Part shown: positions 9,523-17,714 of the stretch, piece after piece
How the letters are laid out: every line of letters begins with the position of its first letter
Numbering within the stretch: position 1 is the stretch's first letter
The notes under the pieces: generated by a model
Told to the model about the DNA's origin: nothing
Seen by the model: only the letters and a program-made list of their open reading frames with translations
Database searches by the model: none
Source of the DNA: an uncultured Candidatus Saccharibacteria bacterium
GTDB taxonomy: Bacteria > Patescibacteriota > Minisyncoccia > Phycocordibacterales > GWA1-40-21
Direction of reading: 5' to 3'
DNA: 44,056 nucleotides
Assembly: GCA_964363425.1 (NCBI GenBank)
Contig: CAYIIG010000001.1
Coordinates: 1 to 44,056 of the forward strand
Position numbers and translations under genes: made by a program

Positions 9523-10032
9523 ATGAAATTAATAATTATAAATGGAAGCTCTTGTTCTGGAAAAAGCACTATTATAAAAAACATAATGAGAGAGAAGAAT
9601 CATTACTTTCACCTATCTTATGATTCTCTTAAGTGGCAATTTTCTCAATATGCCTCTGGTAAATACTATGAGGAGATTCACATGGTTATGGTGTCCATAC
9701 TTGATACTATGTGTAAATTGAAATATAACATAATAAGCGAAGCTCTGAAGAAAGAATCGAGGGAAGAGATTATTGGATTAGCTAAAGAGTATGGATACGA
9801 AGTATTAGAAATTAATCTGGAGGCTGACTGGAAAGTATTATCTGAAAGATTTGACGAGAGGGTAGCAATAGCATTAGCGAATCCAGAAAAAAAAATCGCC
9901 AATCTAAGCAAAGACAGATTCAAAGAACTTTTTGAAAGGTATCAGAATGAAAAAAATCCTTTAGCTCTTACTTTCAGGACAGATACGCAAAGCGTAGAAA
10001 ATGTTTCAAGTGACATAATGAAACTTCTGTAA
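9523..10032 (+). CDS. P-loop NTPase / small-molecule kinase-like protein
   Basis: 169 aa; Walker A INGSSCSGKST at the N-terminus. Size and layout resemble adenylate/shikimate-kinase-like AAA proteins. Specificity unknown. Confidence 0.55.
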   Translation: MKLIIINGSSCSGKSTIIKNIMREKNHYFHLSYDSLKWQFSQYASGKYYEEIHMVMVSILDTMCKLKYNIISEALKKESREEIIGLAKEYGYEVLEINLEADWKVLSERFDERVAIALANPEKKIANLSKDRFKELFERYQNEKNPLALTFRTDTQSVENVSSDIMKLL

Positions 10033-10064
10033 AAATACCCCACCAATAGAGAAGCGACCAACAA

Positions 10065-13000
10065 TCATTTCATCATCCCTCTTAACTCGCAGTATTCGCA
10101 TTTCTTGTCGTCGCATTTTCTATCCCAGAATGAAAACGAGATAATTTCCTTTGTAATTTCTTTTATTTTATTTTGAAGTTCCTCGACATCGTCTTTGGAA
10201 ATGACAAATTTTTCTTTATGATACTTCCCCGCGTCATCAGGTTCGGTAAAATCGATTTCACCGGAAATCATTTCGTATTTTCCTTTTTCGTAATTATCGA
10301 GAAGTAGTTTATAAAACACGAGCTGTCGCATATTGTCGCCTTTTGAATTTTTAGTTTTTCCTTCTATATCATTTCTGCTTTTCGGCTTGGAAGTTTTATA
10401 GTCAACGACATTTACTTTCCCATCTTCATCAATTTCCAATTTATCCAGCTTGCCTTTGAGAAGAATCGCGTCTTCCCCGCTCTCCGTCTTTTCAATAGGC
10501 AGAAAAATTCCGCCGATTTTGAATTCGTTTATGACGGATCTTCTCCATTTTCCTTTATAAAAATCATAATAACCGCCGAGAGATTTCTCGCCTTTCTCCA
10601 GCGACTCTTCAAAATCAACATCGGAAAAAGGCTGTTTCATCAGATAATTCCGGAACAGATCAAGAAATTCTTTCTTGCTCAAATTCTCCTCGTTTTTGTA
10701 TTTGTCGAAAAAATGACTGAGCGTTTCGTGAACCGCCGTGCCGTACATCTGATGCTTGCTTTGCGACTTGGGCAATCGGACCAGATTGTTGAAAAAATAA
10801 TTCCACGGACAGTCAAGATAATTATTTATCGCCGTGACGGAAAGCCCTTGCTCGAAAAAAATCTTTTTGAGGTAATCTTTGTCTTTAATATCCGCGCCAG
10901 CATTCTTTATCTCGGAGAAAGCCGATTCTTTTGTCAATGAAAACTTTTCCTCGTAATCTTTCGTATCAATGATTTCAAGATGTGAGCCGTCAATTTCTCC
11001 GATAAATTGGCAAGGCAAAAGCTGTTCGCCTTTCTCGCCTTGAAGAGAATAAGTAATGGCAACTTCTTTTTTGGCTCGAGTCATCGCCACATAGAAAAGC
11101 CTTCTCTCGTCGTCAATCGACGCGCACTCTCCTGCTAACGCGCTGATAATTGGAATTTTGAAACTTCTCATCTCTCTTTTGTTGCCCCAATGTCCGTCCG
11201 TCGCTCCCGTGATATAGACGAGTTCGTATTCAAGTCCTTTTGATCTATGCGCAGTCATAATTCTTACGCCCTTCGAACTCGACTTTTTAGATTTTGTTTT
11301 TATGGAAATGCGATGATTCGCCAGTATGTCCAGATAATTAACAAAATCATTGAGCCTGTAATCTTTGTGATTCTGAGCGAGTTTTTTTATTTCTTCAAAA
11401 AGAGTATCTAGCTTCCAAAGTTTACCGGCAGAACCATCTGTCGAAATGATGTAATTTAAAAATCCGGAATCCCTGACGACAGTTTCAAAAAAATCAAGAA
11501 TATTTTTATTTTTGGACAAACGGCTCCATTTCAGTAAACTATCGAACAAAGAAACGACTTTCTCAGGACATTCAACCTCCGCTTCTTTGAGTTTGACGGG
11601 ACTTTTTAAAATATCAATTAATCGGCTTTTTTTTGAAGCTCTGTACCGCAGGATTTTCAAAACATCCGAATAATCAAGATTGAGAAAATCAATGCAAATA
11701 ACCCGAGAAAGAAATTCGTCGTTATTCAAATCGTTGAGTGATCGCAAAATCATAACAAGTTTGATTATTTCTTCGTCAGAAAACAAGTCTTCGTCTGATT
11801 CTATTATGTGCGGAATACTTGCCTTGGCAAGCGAGCGAGATATATCAGACGCGTCTTTATTTTCCCGGTGCAAAATCGCGATTTCATTTGGATTTATTCC
11901 TTGCTCTATTTTTTTACCTATATCTTCCGCCAAAAAATCCATTTCGTATCTGAATTTAGTGAAAGGGTAAATGGATATTTTGACATTTTGATGTCCGACA
12001 TTCGCTTTAAGCTTCACTCGCAATGATTCGTCTTTCAAAAAATTTTTACTTATGAGGGTATGCGAAGCGTCGAGAATCGTCTGCGTTGAGCGATAATTAT
12101 CATCAAGCTTTATGATGAGAGCGTTCGAATAAAGATTTTTGAAATAGAAGAAATTATCCAAGGATGCCCCTTGAAAGCGAAAAATGGCCTGCTTCTCATC
12201 GCCGACAACGAACAGATTTGGATTTTCGTGAAAGCCGGAAATCAGTTCGAGCATTTTATTTTGCGAATTGTTGGCATCTTGATGCTCGTCCGCCAAAATA
12301 TACTGATATTTTTCCTGAAGTTCCAACAAAAGACCTTTGTCGCGCGTCATAGACTTTATCGCCTCAAGTATCATATCTTCAAAGTCATATAGTTTTTTAT
12401 CCGTCAAAGATTTTTCGTATTTCTTGTATACAATCAAAAGCTCCTTGTTTTTTTCAATGGATTTTTCAATATCCTTATATTTCCCTTTCATTTCTCCCGC
12501 GTATTTGCCGTTTTTGTGGTATAAATCTTCCGCGCTGAGCAAAGATTTTTCTTGATTTTTGATAATTTCGGAGAGTTTTTCGGGATTCACATTTTCTCTC
12601 TTCAGAGTTTTGATTTCCAAAAGTATCGGGCGAATATAATAAAACGAATCACCGTAAGGTTTGAGCTTTTGGAGTTTTATTGAGTTTATTATTTCTTCCA
12701 GAATTTTTATTTGGTCAATGTCAGTCGCATTATTTGAGCCGATTATCCTCGGAAATTCTTCCGGATAATTTTTTATTATTTCGTTGGCAAAACCGTGGAA
12801 AGTGTTTATATTCACTTTGTAGGCCGCGCTTCCGATGATGTCGGCGAGTTTTGCCCGCATTGAATAAACTCCCGATTCCGTAAACGAGAGCGCAAGAATG
12901 CTGTCAGCCGTCGTATCCGTCCTCGCTAAGATATTGGCGATGCGAAGGGTGAGAATCGAAGTCTTCCCCGTCCCCGGTCCGGCTATCACCATAACAGGAC

Positions 13001-13124
13001 CTTCAATCGCGTCCACCGCCTCTTTCTGCCGAGGATTCAGCCTTTGATATAATTCTTCAAATTTTGAGGTTTTCATCAGGTGAATTATATCACGACTGAA
13101 AAAAGAATAAGGAATCCCCGCCAC
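10065..13124 (-). CDS. UvrD/PcrA-type SF1 helicase fused to a C-terminal PD-(D/E)xK, Cas4/AddB-like nuclease
   Basis: 1019 aa; Walker A AGPGTGKTS, motif II LADEHQDAN, helicase C-terminal TAHRSKGLEYE. C-terminal domain has YLDCPWNYF, VVDYKT and terminal C-x4-C-x2-C (KCDDKKCEYC). The real start may be the ATG at 13076 (MKTSKFEELYQRLNP). Confidence 0.85.
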   Translation of the reverse strand: MAGIPYSFFSRDIIHLMKTSKFEELYQRLNPRQKEAVDAIEGPVMVIAGPGTGKTSILTLRIANILARTDTTADSILALSFTESGVYSMRAKLADIIGSAAYKVNINTFHGFANEIIKNYPEEFPRIIGSNNATDIDQIKILEEIINSIKLQKLKPYGDSFYYIRPILLEIKTLKRENVNPEKLSEIIKNQEKSLLSAEDLYHKNGKYAGEMKGKYKDIEKSIEKNKELLIVYKKYEKSLTDKKLYDFEDMILEAIKSMTRDKGLLLELQEKYQYILADEHQDANNSQNKMLELISGFHENPNLFVVGDEKQAIFRFQGASLDNFFYFKNLYSNALIIKLDDNYRSTQTILDASHTLISKNFLKDESLRVKLKANVGHQNVKISIYPFTKFRYEMDFLAEDIGKKIEQGINPNEIAILHRENKDASDISRSLAKASIPHIIESDEDLFSDEEIIKLVMILRSLNDLNNDEFLSRVICIDFLNLDYSDVLKILRYRASKKSRLIDILKSPVKLKEAEVECPEKVVSLFDSLLKWSRLSKNKNILDFFETVVRDSGFLNYIISTDGSAGKLWKLDTLFEEIKKLAQNHKDYRLNDFVNYLDILANHRISIKTKSKKSSSKGVRIMTAHRSKGLEYELVYITGATDGHWGNKREMRSFKIPIISALAGECASIDDERRLFYVAMTRAKKEVAITYSLQGEKGEQLLPCQFIGEIDGSHLEIIDTKDYEEKFSLTKESAFSEIKNAGADIKDKDYLKKIFFEQGLSVTAINNYLDCPWNYFFNNLVRLPKSQSKHQMYGTAVHETLSHFFDKYKNEENLSKKEFLDLFRNYLMKQPFSDVDFEESLEKGEKSLGGYYDFYKGKWRRSVINEFKIGGIFLPIEKTESGEDAILLKGKLDKLEIDEDGKVNVVDYKTSKPKSRNDIEGKTKNSKGDNMRQLVFYKLLLDNYEKGKYEMISGEIDFTEPDDAGKYHKEKFVISKDDVEELQNKIKEITKEIISFSFWDRKCDDKKCEYCELRGMMK

Positions 13125-13164
13125 GATTTGCTCGTAGCGGGGATAAAATCTTTTGATTTACAGG

Positions 13165-13482
13165 TCATTCTTTTAACCCGTAAACCATCGAACGGGCAGA
13201 AATGCAATTGGCGCAACGGTCGCAAACCTTTACTTTTCCATTCACAACAACGCCTCCCTCCTTTACCGCCTCTCTTAAAATGCGGGGAATTTCTACCCAT
13301 TCATCTTCAACCTCTAAATCCCCGCATTTGACACAGAGATTTACATGGAGGCGGTCATTACGGTTGGTGGCAATCATTGCCTCCCAGATTTTTCCAAATA
13401 GCTCGGAAAAACCAATTTTGGCTTTGCTTCTAGTCAGTCCAACAACACCCGCAGGCGCAACGATTTCTCCTCGGCACTCCAT
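13165..13482 (-). CDS. Hypothetical zinc-ribbon protein (two CxxC pairs), visibly more GC-rich than its neighbours
   Basis: 105 aa with CVKCG and CDRCANC. Strong SD (AAGAGGTGAAAA-ATG) upstream. The opposite-strand ORF 13202..13591 is low-complexity and was rejected. Confidence 0.5.
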   Translation of the reverse strand: MECRGEIVAPAGVVGLTRSKAKIGFSELFGKIWEAMIATNRNDRLHVNLCVKCGDLEVEDEWVEIPRILREAVKEGGVVVNGKVKVCDRCANCISARSMVYGLKE

Positions 13483-13670
13483 TTTTCACCTCTTTCTTCA
13501 AAATAACATAAAAAATAAAGAACAAAATCTCCTCACCTTTAAATACAAATGGCTGGGAGAGGTATTTTCACTTTCGCAATTATCCCTTTAAAACATAAAA
13601 AAATCAAACGCTATTATTCATTCTGCGTTTTTCCCATTTTCGTTTGAGCGAGGATTGTCTTTTGCAAAAC

Positions 13671-13759
13671 TTTGATTTTTAAAAACATTGCGCAAGCGCG
13701 ACGGCGCGAGCATAGCGAATTTTCAGCAGAAAATTACGCGTGTTTTTAAAAATCAAATC
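13671..13759. repeat. Long inverted repeat / compound stem-loop downstream of ndk
   Basis: CTTTGATTTTTAAAAACA at 13671-13688 pairs with TGTTTTTAAAAATCAAAT at 13743-13760. The arms enclose a GC-rich core of about 55 nt that has its own small hairpins. Confidence 0.5.
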
Positions 13760-13770
13760 CGAGCGATTTT

Positions 13771-14376
13771 TTATTCCATAATCCCATCCAAATTGACATC
13801 GTAGAGAATCTGCTCCTGAACAAGCCTGTAATTTATCAATTCTTCATCTCTGAACCAATGCTTGATCTCGTCTTCCGCTTCCTTTACGGAACCAGAAGAA
13901 TGAACGAGGTTTCTGATACATCTTTCATTCACATCGGACATTTCATAGGAATCAAGAACGAAATCTCCGCGAATCGTGCCTACATCTGAAGCGAGAGGTT
14001 CCGTGCCACCGGTGATCTTTCTCACTATCGCGACAGCGTGAGCGCCTTGCCATACCATCGCTATCACAGGTCCACTTGTCATATATTTCTTAAGTCGCTC
14101 AAGAAGAATCGCGGTTATTTTCAAAGGGTCGTCTATAGGCGGTTTCATACCTTTATCTTTATACCCCTTGATGGTTTTCTCCCCCGTTATTTTCATCCAT
14201 TCCGGATCCAAAGTGTAATGTTTTTCAATCATCTCTGCGGTTGGTATCATCATTTTTATTCCAATAAGCTTAAGCCCAATTCTCTCAAATCTTTTTATAA
14301 TCTCGCCAGCAAGAGACCTCTGCACGCCATCAGGCTTCACTATCACCAATGTTCTCTCTTTTTTAAAATTTTTCAT
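13771..14376 (-). CDS. ndk: Nucleoside-diphosphate kinase (long form with insertion)
   Basis: 201 aa; ERTLVIVKPDGVQR, GPVIAMVWQG and NLVHSSGS motifs (catalytic His context). Confidence 0.88.
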   Translation of the reverse strand: MKNFKKERTLVIVKPDGVQRSLAGEIIKRFERIGLKLIGIKMMIPTAEMIEKHYTLDPEWMKITGEKTIKGYKDKGMKPPIDDPLKITAILLERLKKYMTSGPVIAMVWQGAHAVAIVRKITGGTEPLASDVGTIRGDFVLDSYEMSDVNERCIRNLVHSSGSVKEAEDEIKHWFRDEELINYRLVQEQILYDVNLDGIME

Positions 14377-14517
14377 ATAATTAAACTGGCTTTCGAAATT
14401 AAATGCTCTGTTTCAAATGGTTTTTCTGCGATTTTAACTTTATGGACATAATAGACCCTGCGAACTTTCGACTGTTCTCGCCACCTCCTCTCTAATATAA
14501 AGTATTTAAAGACAAAC

Positions 14518-15360
14518 TCAGCTCATTTGATAAAGCTCTTTTATTTCTTGAATCGCAAGATTGATTCTGTCTTCTTTGATGCCATTCTTCTTCAGAATGC
14601 CACCACTGATCAGTTGCTTGCAAAGAACTATGCCGTTTGAAATAAATTCTTTTTTTTCATAATCTGTAAGAGTGGTGAGCGCGGTGATCGGGTGAAGATT
14701 GAAGTCTTCAATCATATTGTGAAGGTTGCCTGTGATGGGATAATTCCAACCGACAAGAGCAAGTCCGCTACACTCGGCATATTCAATCGCCGATGATGTG
14801 AATTTGGTGTTGGTGATCAGATGAGCTTCGTTGTGTTTTCTCTTCTTGCCTTCCACTGTAAAAAGCGTTTCTTTCAGATCGTCAAATCGCGCTTTGACAT
14901 AAAGCGCCACTTTGAGATCGGACTTGAGTCCTATGTCGTTGTGAAATTTGGCCTCAGCGATAATTAGCTTGACATCGTTCCACGCAATAACATCGATTTC
15001 ATGTTCGACACATCGCCCTCTCGCCATAAGATTGGTTTCCGATTTAAACCCTCTCGCTTTAAAAAGCTCTGAGATGAATTTTTCAAACGGGAAGCCCGAC
15101 GGACCCAATTCCATCACCGCCTTTCTCAGAGAATACTTGAGAGAAACCGGTTTTTCATATCTCCGTAAAAGAGAAAAGGCATGAGTGTAGATTTCTCCCG
15201 TGCTCATGCCGTCCCTCACCTCTTTAAGTATGTGATCCGCTATCAAACTGACATTTTTTTCAGATGCTCCGGCTCTTACAAGCGATGTTTCCAATTTTTT
15301 GATATCAAACGGCTCTTTTACTCCGGTTGATTTAACAATTAGAATATCTTTGCTGAGCAT
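14518..15360 (-). CDS. ATP-cone domain fused to an Mrr-like PD-(D/E)xK restriction-endonuclease domain
   Basis: 280 aa; N-terminal ATP-cone-like segment (IVKSTGVKEPFDIKKLETSLVRAG...). It is followed by FEKFISELFKARGF...HEIDVIAW...IAEAKF (D...E-x-K). Confidence 0.7.
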   Translation of the reverse strand: MLSKDILIVKSTGVKEPFDIKKLETSLVRAGASEKNVSLIADHILKEVRDGMSTGEIYTHAFSLLRRYEKPVSLKYSLRKAVMELGPSGFPFEKFISELFKARGFKSETNLMARGRCVEHEIDVIAWNDVKLIIAEAKFHNDIGLKSDLKVALYVKARFDDLKETLFTVEGKKRKHNEAHLITNTKFTSSAIEYAECSGLALVGWNYPITGNLHNMIEDFNLHPITALTTLTDYEKKEFISNGIVLCKQLISGGILKKNGIKEDRINLAIQEIKELYQMS

Positions 15361-15385
15361 AGAAAATAACTGAAAAAAATAATCT

Positions 15386-15874
15386 TTATTTGTCGCCGAA
15401 ATTAGAATTTACTTTATCGATGTCTTCACCTTCTTTTACTTCCAAAACATTTAATGTGATCGCTTTACCGTTCAGTGTCGCGTCCACTTTGATATTTTTC
15501 GGCGCTGTGAATTCAATTCTAAACGGACGAGGGGTGATTACCTGAGCACAGATCTCGTCAGTAGTTTTGGTAGTGAAATCAAGCGTGTATTTGCCAGTCT
15601 CGGCCGGTACGGCTTTAACCTCTACACTGTGACAAGGTGTTGGAAGATTGATTATTCCCGCGTAAATATGCTTGCCATTCTTATACTGATGCTTTGCATT
15701 GATAAATGTCACTTCGTAATCTGCGCCAGAACCATCTTTCAAAGGAATTTTTTCCTCTGTTTTTGAAGTATTAACTTTTCCTTTTTTGTATGAAAGATAA
15801 AATCCTCCTCCGATAAGGACGATGATGATTATCGCAATCACTATCGCTGTTGTTTTTTTACTGTTGTTTTCCAT
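15386..15874 (-). CDS. Hypothetical membrane-anchored exported protein
   Basis: 162 aa; single N-terminal TM (TTAIVIAIIIIVLIGGGFYL), then a beta-rich soluble domain with two Cys. Confidence 0.55.
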   Translation of the reverse strand: MENNSKKTTAIVIAIIIIVLIGGGFYLSYKKGKVNTSKTEEKIPLKDGSGADYEVTFINAKHQYKNGKHIYAGIINLPTPCHSVEVKAVPAETGKYTLDFTTKTTDEICAQVITPRPFRIEFTAPKNIKVDATLNGKAITLNVLEVKEGEDIDKVNSNFGDK

Positions 15875-15952
15875 ATAATTTAAATTATTTTAATAAATTT
15901 ACAAGTAAACCGAAAACTTCTCAACTTATAATAACTACAATATACACCTTTG

Positions 15953-17374
15953 CTAAAAATTGTCTACAACCCCTCCGCCGATACAGGTGTCTTTATTGTA
16001 TATCACAATAGATTGACCTCTCGAAACAGCGACTTGGGGCAAGTCAAAAATAACCGCAAATTTCAAAGCAACCTTTGCTTTATTCGTATTTTCGACATTA
16101 GAACCGTCAGTCGTTTCGGACATAATCGCCTGAATACGGCAAGTTTGAAGCAATTGTCGATATCGAATCCTTGCTTTATATTCTCTGCTGAAATCAGGAA
16201 GTCTGCCGTGTATCCAATTCACTCCGCTTATGATGATTTTCTTTGACGACGAAACATCCTCGACAATTGGACTGTCTGAAACCGTAATTTCGTTCGACAA
16301 TATACTTTTTGAAATCACATAATGAGGTTTTTCTTCCGCCGTTTTTTTTGTAATTGTAAATCCGCGCCTCTGTCCCACGGTGTAATAATACGCTCCCTCG
16401 TGCCATCCGATAATTTCGCCTTTTTCATTCAAAACATTTCCTTTCTTTGGCGGAATATAATGCTTCAAGAAATCTTTCATATCGACTTTACCAATGAAGC
16501 AAAGTCCTTGGCTGTCTTTTTTTTCCGCAACAGATAGACCAAATTTCCGCGCCATTTTTCTGACCTCGGTTTTTTGCAGATCGCCAACAGGAAATAAAGT
16601 TTTCTTCAAATGTTCCTGTGTCAAATTCCACAGAAAATACGACTGGTCTTTATTTAAATCTTTAGCTTGTAATAAATTATAGACATATTCTTGTTTTCTC
16701 TCTCTATCGGGGGAATTAGATTTGAGATTTGCCACGCCCGCCATCGTTGCGCTCAGGCGTTGCGGGCGGGAGATTTTATTTTTTAGATTTCGCTCCAAGC
16801 GAACATAATGACCTGTGGCGACATAATCCGCCCCGCTCTTCATCGCGAAAACAAAGAAAGCTCCGAACTTTACATATTTGTTGCAGTTTACATCGGGATT
16901 CGGAGTCATTCCCGCTTTGTATTCACGAATCATATAATCCACCACTTCCTTTTTATATTCATCCTCCAAGTCTAGGGTCAGAAATTTAATTCCAAGCCTC
17001 GCGCACACCCTCATCGCGTCCAGCCTGTCTTCTTTCCAAACGCACTCCACGAAATCAGGTTGCCAAACCTTGATGAATACGCCCGTCACATCATAGCCCT
17101 GCTCCTTAAGCAAAGCCGCTGAAAGCGAGCTGTCCACTCCGCCCGACATCGCCACGAAAACTTTTTTAGATTTAATGACGGGCTTATTTTTCGACTTTCT
17201 GTATTTTCCTTTATTTTCGTACTTACTCACACCTCCCTCTGTCATTCCCTTGAAAAGGGGAATCCAGACCCGCATTGATTTAAATCTGGATCCCCGCGTT
17301 CGCGAGGACGACAGAGAAAATACTAATGATTCATAGGGTGTGAACAGATACTTATTTTCTTCTTGACTTTTCAT
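15953..17374 (-). CDS. mnmA: tRNA 2-thiouridine(34) synthase MnmA; 5' end is repeat-derived, so the true start is uncertain
   Basis: PP-loop VAMSGGVDSS, NPDVNCN, ATGHY, DLNKDQSYFLW, CFIG. Residues about 20-48 (SSSRTRGSRFKSMRVWIPLFKGMTEGG) are a translation of the repeat at 17228-17351. In-frame alternative starts: ATG at 17245 and GTG at 17230. Confidence 0.88.
   Translation of the reverse strand: MKSQEENKYLFTPYESLVFSLSSSRTRGSRFKSMRVWIPLFKGMTEGGVSKYENKGKYRKSKNKPVIKSKKVFVAMSGGVDSSLSAALLKEQGYDVTGVFIKVWQPDFVECVWKEDRLDAMRVCARLGIKFLTLDLEDEYKKEVVDYMIREYKAGMTPNPDVNCNKYVKFGAFFVFAMKSGADYVATGHYVRLERNLKNKISRPQRLSATMAGVANLKSNSPDRERKQEYVYNLLQAKDLNKDQSYFLWNLTQEHLKKTLFPVGDLQKTEVRKMARKFGLSVAEKKDSQGLCFIGKVDMKDFLKHYIPPKKGNVLNEKGEIIGWHEGAYYYTVGQRRGFTITKKTAEEKPHYVISKSILSNEITVSDSPIVEDVSSSKKIIISGVNWIHGRLPDFSREYKARIRYRQLLQTCRIQAIMSETTDGSNVENTNKAKVALKFAVIFDLPQVAVSRGQSIVIYNKDTCIGGGVVDNF
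17228..17351. repeat. Palindromic repeat family copy embedded in the mnmA 5' region
   Basis: CACACCTCCCTCTGTCATTCCCTTGAAAAGGGGAATCCAGACC...ATCTGGATCCCCGCGTTCGCGAGGACGACAGAG...GGTGTGAACAGATAC. The last 15-mer recurs at 37724-37738. Confidence 0.7.
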
Positions 17375-17438
17375 AGAGGATATGCTACCATACTTTTAGA
17401 TTTAAACAAACAAAAAAACCATTAACGGAGGATAAAGA

Positions 17439-17648
17439 ATGGATCTTATTCTGACTATTTGGGTCGTTATTTCTGTATTTTTTTCCATCTTTTTTTTGGC
17501 AGTATTATATGGCCTGATGATGCGTTTGGAAAAGGTGCGTGGCTTCGAGGCTGTAAGAACGAGTTCAGCAGGAATATCAGTAATTATTTTCATCCTGATT
17601 TCTGTGCTTTCCCTAATACTATCAGTTGGAATAAAATGGGGGCGGTAA
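17439..17648 (+). CDS. Small two-TM membrane protein
   Basis: 69 aa; strong SD (ACGGAGGATAAAGA-ATG); followed by an intrinsic terminator. Confidence 0.55.
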   Translation: MDLILTIWVVISVFFSIFFLAVLYGLMMRLEKVRGFEAVRTSSAGISVIIFILISVLSLILSVGIKWGR

Positions 17649-17660
17649 TAACAAATAGAG

Positions 17661-17691
17661 CCGGACTTTCTTGCGAAAGCCCGGTTTTTTT
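17661..17691. terminator. Rho-independent terminator between convergent genes
   Basis: CCGGACTTTC-TTGC-GAAAGCCCGG (one mismatch) followed by TTTTTTT. Confidence 0.7.
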
Positions 17692-17714
17692 ATTTGCTGT
17701 AATCGGTTGAAATT

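Noticed and set aside
13202-13591. 129-aa plus-strand ORF opposite the zinc-ribbon gene
   Set aside because: Low-complexity Ser/Thr/Pro-rich translation with no RBS. The minus-strand ORF has a strong SD and structured Cys motifs. This is a shadow ORF of a GC-rich segment.
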